From an uncultured archaeon (GTDB lineage Archaea; Asgardarchaeota; Thorarchaeia; Thorarchaeales; Thorarchaeaceae): a stretch of 32,000 bases of DNA. The stretch covers positions 1 to 32,000 of the forward strand of contig CAZYLT010000012.1 in the NCBI GenBank assembly GCA_964648855.1. Direction: 5' to 3'. This document shows positions 16,632 to 26,244 of this stretch, in pieces. The notes beneath the pieces are model-generated. The model was not told the origin of the DNA and made no database searches. It saw only the letters and a list, made by a program, of their open reading frames with translations. The translations under genes were made by a program, and so were the position numbers. Positions within the stretch are counted from its first letter, which is position 1. Each line of letters begins with the position of its first letter.

Positions 16632-17948
16632 TCAATTGTCGCTAAGTTTCATTGCTAAGTGGTGGTAAAATCGAGCGTTCTCATCCAGCGAAGGCAGCCA
16701 AACCCATTCATTGGGACCATGCAAATTATCGCCTCTTGGACCAAAATCAAACACATCGGAACCATGTCCAGCAAAGTATCTGGAGTCGGAAGCGCCGAAA
16801 CCTTCAACGATTGCATGCGGTATTGATAATTCATCTAGTACATCCAATGCAGTCATTATGAGTTTTGAAGATGGATCTGAGTCAACATAGCCCATTCCGG
16901 CATGCACCTCAAGCGATTTCAAATCCATTCTGCCCTTCAAGTTTCTTTCAAATGATTCTTTCACTTCTCCACCATCGTTAGTCATAGCTCGTATATCGCA
17001 ATATAGTTTCCAGGAATCCCCATCCTCTTCTAGGATATTTGGATTGATTATAGTTCCCTTATCCGAGAGACGAGTGGGAAAGCTGGTACTTGATATGGTT
17101 AACAGCTCTCTCATGAGATTTGTCAAATTCTCATCGTATTCACATACTTCACCATCATCTGTGGGGTCAATAATATCCATCTCTATCCAATCAGGAACAA
17201 CATTCGATTTGACAAAGGCCCCTCTTACTTCTGCTACAAGTACATCGGAGCGCAAATCGAGATGTTTTGATGCGGCGAGCATAGCATGCCTGTCTACTCC
17301 TAGTCTCAGATATGCCGAATGCCTAGTATCAGTTCCGAATGTATCTGTTTCGAAACGAAAAATATTCTTCGTTCCCCTAGTGGTGGCATTCTTCTTCTTG
17401 GTCCTGAATATCGTCGGAAGTATATTTCGCCGCCGGTTGATTATCTCTTGATTCAAACCATCTGCGATTACGATATAGTCAGGAAACCGATCCTCATCAA
17501 GCAACTTCTTCTGCAGGACATTAGCGCCATTACGTCCTCCAATCTCTTCATCACCAGTGGTGCCAATCATCACGGTGCAATTTGGTTCATCGTGAGTCAT
17601 CATCTCTGCCATCTTTAGTAGAGATACAAGATTGCCTTTATCATCACAAGTCCCTCTCCCATATGCCTTATTGCCATCATATGTGACCTCAAAGGGCGGA
17701 TGATCCCAGTTGTCACCAACTGGAACCACATCAAAATGGGCAAGAAACAGCACAGAGTATTCTCCTTCACCAAATTCGCCAATCCCACTGTAATATCCTT
17801 CTGATTCGATAAGCTGGGTTCTGAATCCATAATCCTCCAAGCGAGCTAGGATGTACTTAGGACACTCAGACCCAGACGTTCTCTCATCTGTGTTTGTTGT
17901 TTCAAAAGCTACAAGGGTTTCAAGAGCCTCCTTTACATCGAATGCCAT
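16632..17948 (-). CDS. M20/M25/M40 family metallopeptidase (ArgE/DapE-like)
   Basis: AHFDVVP, YGRGTCDDKG, DEEIGG, GASD.RYF, FGP...NLHGPNE. Start placed at ATG 17948 (MAFDV). Confidence 0.9.
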   Translation of the reverse strand: MAFDVKEALETLVAFETTNTDERTSGSECPKYILARLEDYGFRTQLIESEGYYSGIGEFGEGEYSVLFLAHFDVVPVGDNWDHPPFEVTYDGNKAYGRGTCDDKGNLVSLLKMAEMMTHDEPNCTVMIGTTGDEEIGGRNGANVLQKKLLDEDRFPDYIVIADGLNQEIINRRRNILPTIFRTKKKNATTRGTKNIFRFETDTFGTDTRHSAYLRLGVDRHAMLAASKHLDLRSDVLVAEVRGAFVKSNVVPDWIEMDIIDPTDDGEVCEYDENLTNLMRELLTISSTSFPTRLSDKGTIINPNILEEDGDSWKLYCDIRAMTNDGGEVKESFERNLKGRMDLKSLEVHAGMGYVDSDPSSKLIMTALDVLDELSIPHAIVEGFGASDSRYFAGHGSDVFDFGPRGDNLHGPNEWVWLPSLDENARFYHHLAMKLSDN

Positions 17949-18043
17949 GGCAATCAGTTGGAAATATGGGCTCTTGTGACTTATACTTATCCAAAAAGAG
18001 TTGAAAAGTGACATCCAAAATACGATGTCACTCAAACAACGTT

Positions 18044-20257
18044 CTATGTACGCTTGTAAACCCAGCGGCTCCATGAGCCCAGAGTAGGTAGTTCCTTGGG
18101 CATTCCCTTCCGCTCACGTATCTCAAGAATAAGCTCTTCTTGAAGGTTGGATGGTAACGCCTCAAAGCCTCTAAACTCGTAACCAAAGAAGCTTCTACCG
18201 GCAGTAGCACTTCTGAATTCGTCAGCAATACCTATTGTTTCTGATGTTGGTAGTGTGCCTTTGACCGCAACAGCCTCTTCCTCACCCTCTATTGTGACGA
18301 TCTGTCCACGATGGGAAGTTAGAACCTTGATTACCCCGCCCTGTGTGTCTGTTGGCGTCTTGATATCCACATTGAGGATAGGCTCGTACAGGCCAGGTCG
18401 CCCAGTCAGAAAGCTCAAGTTGAGAGCCGCACTGGTCATTGTGGCAACCTCGTTGTAACCTGTGTGAGCAGGGTCAGTATGAATTGTTGCATCTGTGATT
18501 GTTGCCTTGACACCCATTACAGGTTCATGAGCCAGCGGACCTGCTTCTACAAATTCCTTGAATGTGCTCTTGACGTAAGGCTCGATTCTATCAAATCGCT
18601 GTACACCACTCATCTGATCCACTAACATGCAATTCTCATAGACGTCAAGGATTTTCCGAGCCTCTTTGGCATCCCAATCTGCTTCATCTCTGAGAATCTG
18701 TGCACGTTCACGTTCTGGCATATCGATGGTGACTTTCTTCTTCTTGATCAGTTCAACAGTTTTCTCATCCAGAGGTTCAAGGAACATCTTGATTCGGTTG
18801 TGACCGTTTGGTGACTTGGTATGGAATTCATCTCCATGTTCCGTCATCTTCTCTCGATATACAATAATCGGCTCAGATACGTTGATCTTCACTTGTTCAT
18901 TAATCCTTTTTGTAAGGATTTCTATCTGGAGAGGGTCAATTCCATCAAGGCGATACTCACCGGACTCCTTGTCATGGAAGAATCTCGCCGTTGGGTCTGC
19001 CATAATCCATTTGCGTACGACTTCACCAAGCTTAGCAACGTCCTGTGGGTCAACGGGCTTAATGCTCCGACTAACAACGGGCTCACTGACATATTCAATT
19101 GCCTCAAAGCCTTTCATATCAGAACCTTCAGCTACGAAGGTTTCTCCAGAAGGACACATGAAGCCAAATATTGAGAATAGGTTTCCGGCGGGTATCTCTT
19201 CCATGGGAAGGATATCAGTAATTTCTTGAACGCCTAACCTTCGAACTCTAGCGGTTTGCTTCATGTTCACAAGTCTGATTTCTTGACCAGAGTGTAGAGT
19301 ACCTGAGAACACTCTTCCAATGAGAGTTGGCCTCTTGCTTTTCGGGTCGACAAAAATCTTGGTAATCATTCCTAGGAGCGGACCATCAGGGTCGCATTTG
19401 AGTAATGCCTTTCCTTCGGGACTCTCAGGGTCACCCTTCCATATTCGCGGGATTTTGTAGATTTGAGCTTCTTTGGGATTTGGAAGATGTTTGACGATCA
19501 TCTCAAGTATAGCATCATCGAGTGGAAGATTCTCTCGGAGCCAACGTTCGTCGCCCTCGTTATATTTCTCAAAAACTACTGTGGGTTTTATATTTTTCTT
19601 CTTGAGGGTTTCCATGGTAAATGCCCATCCAGTCTTTGCACTGCCAATAGCAACGGTTCCCTGTTCGAAGCTGACTCGCCAATTCTTCGTGAAGTCATCG
19701 GGAGCAACTTTCTTGATGAGTTCATTCACCTTTGCAATGATAATGTCAATTCTCTCGTACACTTTTTCAGGTGGCAACTTGAGCTCGTTAATCAGTCTGT
19801 CAACTTTATTGACAAACAGTACTGGCTTGCAGGCTTCTCCACCGACAGCCAATTTGATATTGGTTTCAGTTTGAGTCATTACACCTTCGAGTGCATCCAC
19901 CAGAATGACTACACCATCACTGGCTCTCAGCGCACGCGAAACCTCGCCCGTGAATGACAAGTGGCCGGGCGTATCGGATAGCTGTACTAAGTACTCGGTA
20001 TCATCCACTTCGAAGTTCAATAGAACCACAGAGGTAAAGATTGTAATTCCTCTCTCCTGTTCTTCTTCATCGCTGTCAGTCATCAATGCCTGACCAGCTG
20101 CAGCATCACTCATAAGACCAGCACGACGCATCAAATAGTCGGTTGTTGTCGTCTTACCGTGGTCGATGTGCGCGGATATGCTAATAATGCGCTTCTGTTC
20201 GTAATTATCTGACTTGATGAGCCTCTTAATTGCATCAGGCTCCTTAATCTTAACCAT
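18044..20257 (-). CDS. Elongation factor 2 paralogue (aEF-2p-like)
   Basis: AHIDHGKTT, EQERGIT, DTPGH, NKVD, KSPNGHN, EPI, with full EF-2 length (737 aa). Divergent motifs GKTTTTD, GHLSFTGEV and HTDPAHTGYNE. The gene is not within an S12-S7 operon. Confidence 0.85.
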   Translation of the reverse strand: MVKIKEPDAIKRLIKSDNYEQKRIISISAHIDHGKTTTTDYLMRRAGLMSDAAAGQALMTDSDEEEQERGITIFTSVVLLNFEVDDTEYLVQLSDTPGHLSFTGEVSRALRASDGVVILVDALEGVMTQTETNIKLAVGGEACKPVLFVNKVDRLINELKLPPEKVYERIDIIIAKVNELIKKVAPDDFTKNWRVSFEQGTVAIGSAKTGWAFTMETLKKKNIKPTVVFEKYNEGDERWLRENLPLDDAILEMIVKHLPNPKEAQIYKIPRIWKGDPESPEGKALLKCDPDGPLLGMITKIFVDPKSKRPTLIGRVFSGTLHSGQEIRLVNMKQTARVRRLGVQEITDILPMEEIPAGNLFSIFGFMCPSGETFVAEGSDMKGFEAIEYVSEPVVSRSIKPVDPQDVAKLGEVVRKWIMADPTARFFHDKESGEYRLDGIDPLQIEILTKRINEQVKINVSEPIIVYREKMTEHGDEFHTKSPNGHNRIKMFLEPLDEKTVELIKKKKVTIDMPERERAQILRDEADWDAKEARKILDVYENCMLVDQMSGVQRFDRIEPYVKSTFKEFVEAGPLAHEPVMGVKATITDATIHTDPAHTGYNEVATMTSAALNLSFLTGRPGLYEPILNVDIKTPTDTQGGVIKVLTSHRGQIVTIEGEEEAVAVKGTLPTSETIGIADEFRSATAGRSFFGYEFRGFEALPSNLQEELILEIRERKGMPKELPTLGSWSRWVYKRT

Positions 20258-20292
20258 CTTTTTCACACTCGTTTTGGGGAATAACCATAATC

Positions 20293-20356
20293 TGACCCGA
20301 ACTGCCAGAGTTAACGCGAGAGAACTCGGCGGGGTCACCGAAAGCTATTCGGTGGC
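20293..20356 (-). promoter_or_regulatory. Putative structured 5' UTR of the EF-2 paralogue
   Basis: Two adjacent GC-rich hairpins lie between a TTTTAAG box (about 20380-20386) and the start codon. Confidence 0.5.
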
Positions 20357-20403
20357 ATGCGCGACGAGTCTAACAGGTTCTTAAAAGATTTCCGTCAGAG
20401 GAG

Positions 20404-21183
20404 CTACTTTGTTGCAACTACAACCATTCTATCGGAACCGGCAGTATATGGACAGCGCGGCAGTTTGTTCTGTCCAAAGAGGTCAATCTTCTCGAACCCG
20501 ACCTCTGTTATGAGACGGCGAATTTCGAGAGCGGTGTACATACGAATATTATTGTTCGCTAATGCGTCTTGATTGGGCAAGACCTTCCTCGAGGCCTCTA
20601 CATCAATGTAGGTTGCCGGTCTTCCTCGTAGGACTCCAGCAGGAGCATCAAGAAAGTGTGGTTCACTTAGGAGATAGCCACCATCGAGCTCAGTCCAAGA
20701 CTTCTGGAACTTTGGCAAATTATATGGATTCATCAGGTCAAGTAATAGTCTTCCACCATCTACAAGTGCATTGTAGCTTCCCTCAAGCACCAATTTGTTT
20801 TCTTCATGGTTGAAGAAACCAAAGCTGTGACTGAGAAGAACTGCACCATGAAAGCGCTGTACGAAGTTAATCTCTCTCATATCACCGCGATAGAAATTGA
20901 CATCAACGTTTTCATCCTTGGCATGCCGAGTAGCGGCATCAATGAGTGTTTGTGATAAATCAAATCCGGTAACATCTAGACTGTTCTTTGCGAAGAGAAC
21001 ACTGTGATCTCCTGCACCACACGCAATATCGAGAATCTCGTCCCCCTTATTGAGATTCAGGGTTTCTATACAGAAGTCAACGACCATTTCATCGTAGTGC
21101 TGAATTCCTGGAATCGAACGACGATGCTTCACTCGAAATAGTTCAGCCCAGAATTCATCCCAGCCAAGCTCGACTGTTTCCAT
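20404..21183 (-). CDS. Class I SAM-dependent methyltransferase
   Basis: ILDIACGAGDH, VTGFDLS, GDMRE, SFGFF, L..GGRLLLD, R.YT..E. Confidence 0.9.
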   Translation of the reverse strand: METVELGWDEFWAELFRVKHRRSIPGIQHYDEMVVDFCIETLNLNKGDEILDIACGAGDHSVLFAKNSLDVTGFDLSQTLIDAATRHAKDENVDVNFYRGDMREINFVQRFHGAVLLSHSFGFFNHEENKLVLEGSYNALVDGGRLLLDLMNPYNLPKFQKSWTELDGGYLLSEPHFLDAPAGVLRGRPATYIDVEASRKVLPNQDALANNNIRMYTALEIRRLITEVGFEKIDLFGQNKLPRCPYTAGSDRMVVVATK

Positions 21184-21469
21184 GATGTATACGTCCCATG
21201 GAAAAATGTGCTCTAAATCGATATGAAGGTTGTCCTATTAAGAATAGAAATTCGACAGGACCCGTATTCATTGATAGCCGCCGGGAGGGACGCTAGTCAA
21301 AGCAACAGAAAAGTGTTGAATCACGGGTCTTCTGTCGTCTTCAGATAATGGTCACGAATCCCTTTAAATGTATAGTATTGCGCTAAAAAGGTCAAACTGT
21401 TCGAAAAAGAAACATGGTAGTATGTAGTCGTGGGGAATGCGTTTTCTGACGATAGATAGAAGAAAGAAA

Positions 21470-21579
21470 TGGTAGCCCCGCCAGGATTTGAACCTGGGTC
21501 AAGGGGAGTTCCTATCGAAGAGCCAATAGAGCTCAATGATACCAGAACCCCTCATGATGGACCGCTACACCACGGGGCT
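21470..21579 (-). tRNA. tRNA-Gln(CTG) with 34-nt intron at 37/38 (21508-21541), CCA encoded
   Basis: AGCCCCG/CGGGGCT acceptor stem, anticodon stem AGGGG/CCCCT, loop TT-CTG-G^T, GTTCAAATC T-loop and ACCA end. Spliced length is 76 nt. Canonical bulge-helix-bulge: TTCT/AGGA helix with GG^T and AC^T bulges. Confidence 0.95.
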
Positions 21580-21702
21580 ATAATCCAAGCAAGGGCGTGT
21601 ACCCAATGCTAAGCACCGCACTACTATGATGTTCTTTAATCCTTTTTGGTGGTTCTATAGATTTTAATTCTGAAACATAACAGATGATTAATATTGTAAT
21701 GG

Positions 21703-22470
21703 ATGCCCAAGGCATTCCGAGTAATGATGCCATTTTGGAATGAAATGACCCATGGGCAGTTCCTGTCTGAGAGCAAGAAGACAAAAATCGCGGTGCTTGT
21801 GACAGGCTCCCTTGAGGCGCATGGTAGGCACTTACCTCTCGGTACAGATGCCCTTCTTCCGGAGTATCTCGCCAAGCATATAGCTGAGAACACAAACGCA
21901 ATGGTGCTCCCTGCTATTCCATTTGGCGATAGCTGGATTTTCAATCAGTTCGAAGGCACGATTTCGGTCAGGCCAACGACCCTCATCGAGTTCTACACAG
22001 ACATTATGAAAGGCATATTCATTCATGGATTCAAGTATATCGTTGCGCTGAATGGACACGGAGGAAATACGTCTCATTTAGAGAGTGCTGCCAGACTAGC
22101 CACCAAGAAGGGTGAGCGGGTGGTCATAATAGTAAATTGGTGGCGAGACCTTGCCAAGGAAGTGAGAAATGAGCTGGTAGAAACTCCGATGGGGCATGCG
22201 GGGGAGGATGAAACCTCTCAAATGCTATTCGTTAAATCAGACTTGGTCGATATGGAATCCGCATATCCTTCGAGAGTCGGGACGAAGTATCGAGTCGTAT
22301 CAGCCTGGTACAGAGAGGATCTCTATCCTAGGGCGACCTATGGTGACCCCACTAAAGCAACAGTAGAGAAGGGAGAAGCAATAATGGAACAAGCAAAACA
22401 AGAGATTATTAAACTCATTGAAGAACTTGAGAGGGGAAAGCTACCTCTCGATGGTAGAAACTCGGATTAG
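21703..22470 (+). CDS. Creatininase family amidohydrolase
   Basis: GSLEAHGRHLPLGTD, GTIS, NGHGGN, HAGEDETS, GDPTKATVEKG. Start may instead be ATG 21725/21728. Confidence 0.9.
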   Translation: MPKAFRVMMPFWNEMTHGQFLSESKKTKIAVLVTGSLEAHGRHLPLGTDALLPEYLAKHIAENTNAMVLPAIPFGDSWIFNQFEGTISVRPTTLIEFYTDIMKGIFIHGFKYIVALNGHGGNTSHLESAARLATKKGERVVIIVNWWRDLAKEVRNELVETPMGHAGEDETSQMLFVKSDLVDMESAYPSRVGTKYRVVSAWYREDLYPRATYGDPTKATVEKGEAIMEQAKQEIIKLIEELERGKLPLDGRNSD

Positions 22471-23369
22471 AGCCCAACCCGAAAGATGAGAGAGTCTCTA
22501 AGAATACGTTGAAACATTCTCAAGAGATTTTTACCTTCAGTGGCTATGGTAGAGAAGACGGGATATCCTTCAACATCCAACATGTCGACCATATAGTCAA
22601 CCGGTAACGCATTTGGAAGATCTCGCTTATTCAATGACACAACAATGGGCATGTTAGCTATCCTGTCGGTCCCAAGTGCAATCTTTAATTCTTCTAACGA
22701 AGCCAAATTCTCGTTTGTCATTTCCGGTCGAGAGTCAGCCATGAATATGATGCCATCAGCATCACGAAGGACATTGATCCTTTGACGGGCATGCCGCCTC
22801 TGCCCTGCCACCGTAAAGACATCAAATACTATTTTCTCACTAGCAGTGACAGGTACAAAATCAAAGAAAGTGGTTCGCCCCAGATCGTCTGCAATCTCAA
22901 TAAGCTTGCCTTTTGATAGGGACCTGACATGAGAAAACAACCATCTTAAAGCCGTAGTCTTTCCGGATAGAGAGGGGCCATAGAAAACTATCTTGATGTG
23001 AATTCTTCCCTGATCATCTCGCTTCAGAGCATGACCTGGAACCATCTCAGCTATGGAGTGTTCACCTATTTTTGCATCTTCAGCCAAGCTTTTTGTTTGC
23101 TCCGTATCGATTCTGAAACTCGCTGATGATGCAAGAATACTCCCATCTGGAGGAGTTGAATCCTGATACACTTTCTTTGTTGGAGGTTCTTTCTTCGTAG
23201 GAAATGCCTTAGGTTCGAGCGTAGGTTTCTCGGTTTTCGTTGGTTCAGCCCCATCCTTTCGCGCCTCAGATTCTGAAGACGGCGGTTGCTCTACGGCTTC
23301 TTCCTTTTCTTCCTTCTTCCCCTTTAATCGGGCAATGATTCTACGGAATAGGGACAAACCTCTCTCCAA
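22467..23369 (-). CDS. MglA-like small GTPase with N-terminal extension
   Basis: IKIVFYGPSLSGKTT (G1), RTTFFDF (G2), FTVAGQ (G3), ADGIIFMADS, NKRDL (G4). About 120 aa of N-terminal extension. Confidence 0.88.
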   Translation of the reverse strand: MERGLSLFRRIIARLKGKKEEKEEAVEQPPSSESEARKDGAEPTKTEKPTLEPKAFPTKKEPPTKKVYQDSTPPDGSILASSASFRIDTEQTKSLAEDAKIGEHSIAEMVPGHALKRDDQGRIHIKIVFYGPSLSGKTTALRWLFSHVRSLSKGKLIEIADDLGRTTFFDFVPVTASEKIVFDVFTVAGQRRHARQRINVLRDADGIIFMADSRPEMTNENLASLEELKIALGTDRIANMPIVVSLNKRDLPNALPVDYMVDMLDVEGYPVFSTIATEGKNLLRMFQRILRDSLIFRVGL

Positions 23370-23455
23370 TCACACAACAACGCCAGGTAAGACTTAAACT
23401 TTAGGTGAGTGTAATCAGTGAGCTTTATCAACCAATTTATTGAGTTTTCATCATC

Positions 23456-24580
23456 ATGACCCCCTCATTTGTTGACCAACTCCGTGAAACCGAGTTCCCA
23501 ACACTAAACAAGATGGTCTATCTCAATAATGCGTCTACAGGCATTATGCCACAACACACACTTGGCGCAATTGAAATGTATCTTCAAAATAGAGTGTCCG
23601 CTAAAGGCGATTTTCAAGATACTCTTGCCACCTTTGGCAAAATCAGGAGCAATTTGGCAAAACTATTAGGCGGAACGAGTGAGGAATATGGATTCGTACC
23701 AAATACCTCTACTGGACTGAACACATTTGCGAACGGATTGGATTACCCAAAGGGTTCCAACATCGTGGTTTGTGATTTAGAATTTCCAGCAAACTATATT
23801 CCGTGGCAGCACATTGCAAGAAGGAAGGATATCGATCTTAGGGTTGTGAAGTCACAACGCGGAGCAGTTTCTGATTATGATTTTCTAGAAGCCATTGATG
23901 AAAACACGCGAGTCGTGGCAATCAGCATGGTACAATTTGCATCAGGATATGTTGCAGATATAGAATTGTTGGCCGAGGCGGTCCATGAAGTCGGGGGCTA
24001 TATTGCAGTTGACATAATTCAAGCTGCTGGATGGAAAGAATTCGACCTGCATAAAATGGATGTGGATTTCGCAACAGCCCAAGCTGCTAAATGGTTAATT
24101 GGACCAATCGGAGCCGGATTTCTCTTTCTGAAAAAAGAGCTTCTCGATGCAGTGACTCCTGTATATCTAGGATGGTGGGGAGTGAAAAATTTGGATGAAT
24201 TTGGCTATTCTATAAGAGAACCTCTTGATGATGCTAGACGTTTCGAAGTGGGGTCACCAGCCATGATGGCCTATGTAGGATTTCTCAAGTCGCTTGAATT
24301 ACTACTAGACATTCCTGCCAAGAGGCGGGAAACAGCTGCTCTTGATACGGCCGATTATCTTAGAGACCGCCTAGATGAATCTGATATCGATTACTATGAA
24401 TTTGAAGACAATCATCGTTCACCCATTGTATCCTGCAAACCGTCTGATGTAGAACTGATTCAGAATTCTTTGCTAGAAGAGAATATTCACTGTTCTGTTC
24501 GCAAGGGTAGGTTGCGGGTATCACCCCATTTTTACAACACAAGGGAGGATATTGACCTCCTCATGGAGCAGATGAGGTGA
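23456..24580 (+). CDS. Class V PLP-dependent aminotransferase/lyase
   Basis: YLNNASTG, NTSTGL, EFPAN..PW, VQFASG, DIIQAAG, AAKWLIGP.GAG (PLP Lys), RFEVGS, LRVSPHFYN. Confidence 0.88.
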   Translation: MTPSFVDQLRETEFPTLNKMVYLNNASTGIMPQHTLGAIEMYLQNRVSAKGDFQDTLATFGKIRSNLAKLLGGTSEEYGFVPNTSTGLNTFANGLDYPKGSNIVVCDLEFPANYIPWQHIARRKDIDLRVVKSQRGAVSDYDFLEAIDENTRVVAISMVQFASGYVADIELLAEAVHEVGGYIAVDIIQAAGWKEFDLHKMDVDFATAQAAKWLIGPIGAGFLFLKKELLDAVTPVYLGWWGVKNLDEFGYSIREPLDDARRFEVGSPAMMAYVGFLKSLELLLDIPAKRRETAALDTADYLRDRLDESDIDYYEFEDNHRSPIVSCKPSDVELIQNSLLEENIHCSVRKGRLRVSPHFYNTREDIDLLMEQMR

Positions 24581-24584
24581 CGAT

Positions 24585-25265
24585 ATGTTTCAGCAGGTGA
24601 CAGAAGGAATCCATATTCAAGTAAGTAATACATTTGATTCAAATATTGGCTTAATCCAGTCAGGAGATAGATTCGTATTAATAGATGCAGGAACTGGGGC
24701 ACATGTCCAGAATCTGGAGAAAGGGCTCTCTTCATTGGACCATTCTATAGAAGATATCACAGATGTGGTTCTCACACATAGTCATATCGATCATATTGGA
24801 GGGGTGGTTCCCATAATGGACCGAGCCGATGGTGTACTTCATCTCCACGAGAAAGAGGCCAATCGCATAAACTCGGGAGACATGCAGTTGACCCTGTCAA
24901 GCACCTTTGGGGTTCAGCTTCCTGAGATAAAGATTGAGAGATCCTTCAAAGATGGAGATGCATTGAAGCTAGGAGAATTGAAGGCAACAGTTGTACATAC
25001 CCCCGGACACTCTGAGGGGAGTTGCTGTTTCCATTTTGAGGAGGAGGGAGTGATGTTTACTGGTGATACCCTCTTTGCAGACGGGAGTTTTGGCAGGGTT
25101 GATTTTCCAACCGGTGATCCGCAGCAACTAGTCGATTCTCTGGAAACCCTAACAAAGATTGACTTCAGTACCGCATTGCCAGGCCATATGCGCCCAATCC
25201 TTGGTAATGCTCAGAGGTCAGCAATGTCATCATATAAGACAGCCAAATCATGGTTTAATGTGTAG
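24585..25265 (+). CDS. Metallo-beta-lactamase fold hydrolase (glyoxalase II-like)
   Basis: LIDAG, THSHIDHIGG, HTPGHS.GS, FTGDTLF, GRVDF, PGH. Confidence 0.9.
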   Translation: MFQQVTEGIHIQVSNTFDSNIGLIQSGDRFVLIDAGTGAHVQNLEKGLSSLDHSIEDITDVVLTHSHIDHIGGVVPIMDRADGVLHLHEKEANRINSGDMQLTLSSTFGVQLPEIKIERSFKDGDALKLGELKATVVHTPGHSEGSCCFHFEEEGVMFTGDTLFADGSFGRVDFPTGDPQQLVDSLETLTKIDFSTALPGHMRPILGNAQRSAMSSYKTAKSWFNV

Positions 25266-26244
25266 AAAGCGTCTTTACCAATTCATCCGTCGCCATCGTG
25301 ATATCTTCATCGGCAACATCTTCGTTCTCTAGGTACTTGGCTTCGATGGCCTTGACAAGTGCATACACTGCTTCACTTGTTGGAGTTTCCAGACCGAGTT
25401 CATGTGCCATCTTAATGACGGCGCCGGTAATCGTTTCAATTTCGGTCCGTTTCCGGGCCTTGATATCTTGGAGCATTGAATTTGTATTATTTGCAGTTGC
25501 CTTTGCAGTGCCAAGGGTATAGCGAATTGGATCATTTGTATTTAGTTCTATTCCAAGTGCCTTCACAACTTCGACCGTTTCTTCTACTAATTTGATAACG
25601 AGTTCCCTTAGCATGGCACTGCTGTATACCTCACCATTCTTCATGTCAGTGATGGCTCCAATTGGGTTTATGCCACAATTGACGATGGTCTTAGTCCATA
25701 CTACGCCCTCGATGTTTCTACTACCCTGTGCCTTAATATTGGCATCATTCAGAAGTGAAACTGTCATGTCGATTAGCTCGTCGTTTTCAGGGTAGTGCGA
25801 GCCAATTTCTGTTATTCCTTCTCCAGTGGCATTTACTACCCCGGGAGACTCCAAGATTGCACCCATACATGTTGTTGCTCTCAATACTCTTTTTGTTTCA
25901 AGAACTTCTGCAATCTGATTTTCGGTACCGAGACCATTCTGGACAACTACAATATATGCACCATTATCAACTAGGTGGCGAACCTTTCGTGCAGCTTCAA
26001 CCGAGTCATATGCTTTGGTAGTTATGAACACTATGTCGGCCACCTTTATCTTGTCGGCACTTGTTTCAGCGTTGATATTCAACGCAGTTTCACCAACAAC
26101 ACCCTTCATCCGCAGTCCATTCTTCTTAATCTCTTCAACATGGGGCCAGCGTGCGATTAGGGTAACGTTACCCGGCTGTGCCATCTCCAGCATACCGCCA
26201 AATAGGCTTCCTATGGCACCAGCACCCATTATGACTATCTTCAT
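25255..26244 (-). CDS. panE: 2-dehydropantoate 2-reductase
   Basis: GAGAIG, TKAYD, QNGLG, W.K...NCGINP, N.NSMLQD...R.TE. Located in an operon with PPS and PoK. Confidence 0.93.
   Translation of the reverse strand: MKIVIMGAGAIGSLFGGMLEMAQPGNVTLIARWPHVEEIKKNGLRMKGVVGETALNINAETSADKIKVADIVFITTKAYDSVEAARKVRHLVDNGAYIVVVQNGLGTENQIAEVLETKRVLRATTCMGAILESPGVVNATGEGITEIGSHYPENDELIDMTVSLLNDANIKAQGSRNIEGVVWTKTIVNCGINPIGAITDMKNGEVYSSAMLRELVIKLVEETVEVVKALGIELNTNDPIRYTLGTAKATANNTNSMLQDIKARKRTEIETITGAVIKMAHELGLETPTSEAVYALVKAIEAKYLENEDVADEDITMATDELVKTLSTH

Noticed and set aside
21321-21536. 71-aa ORF on the minus strand
   Set aside because: It begins inside the tRNA-Gln intron and 3' half, so it is a translation of tRNA sequence.
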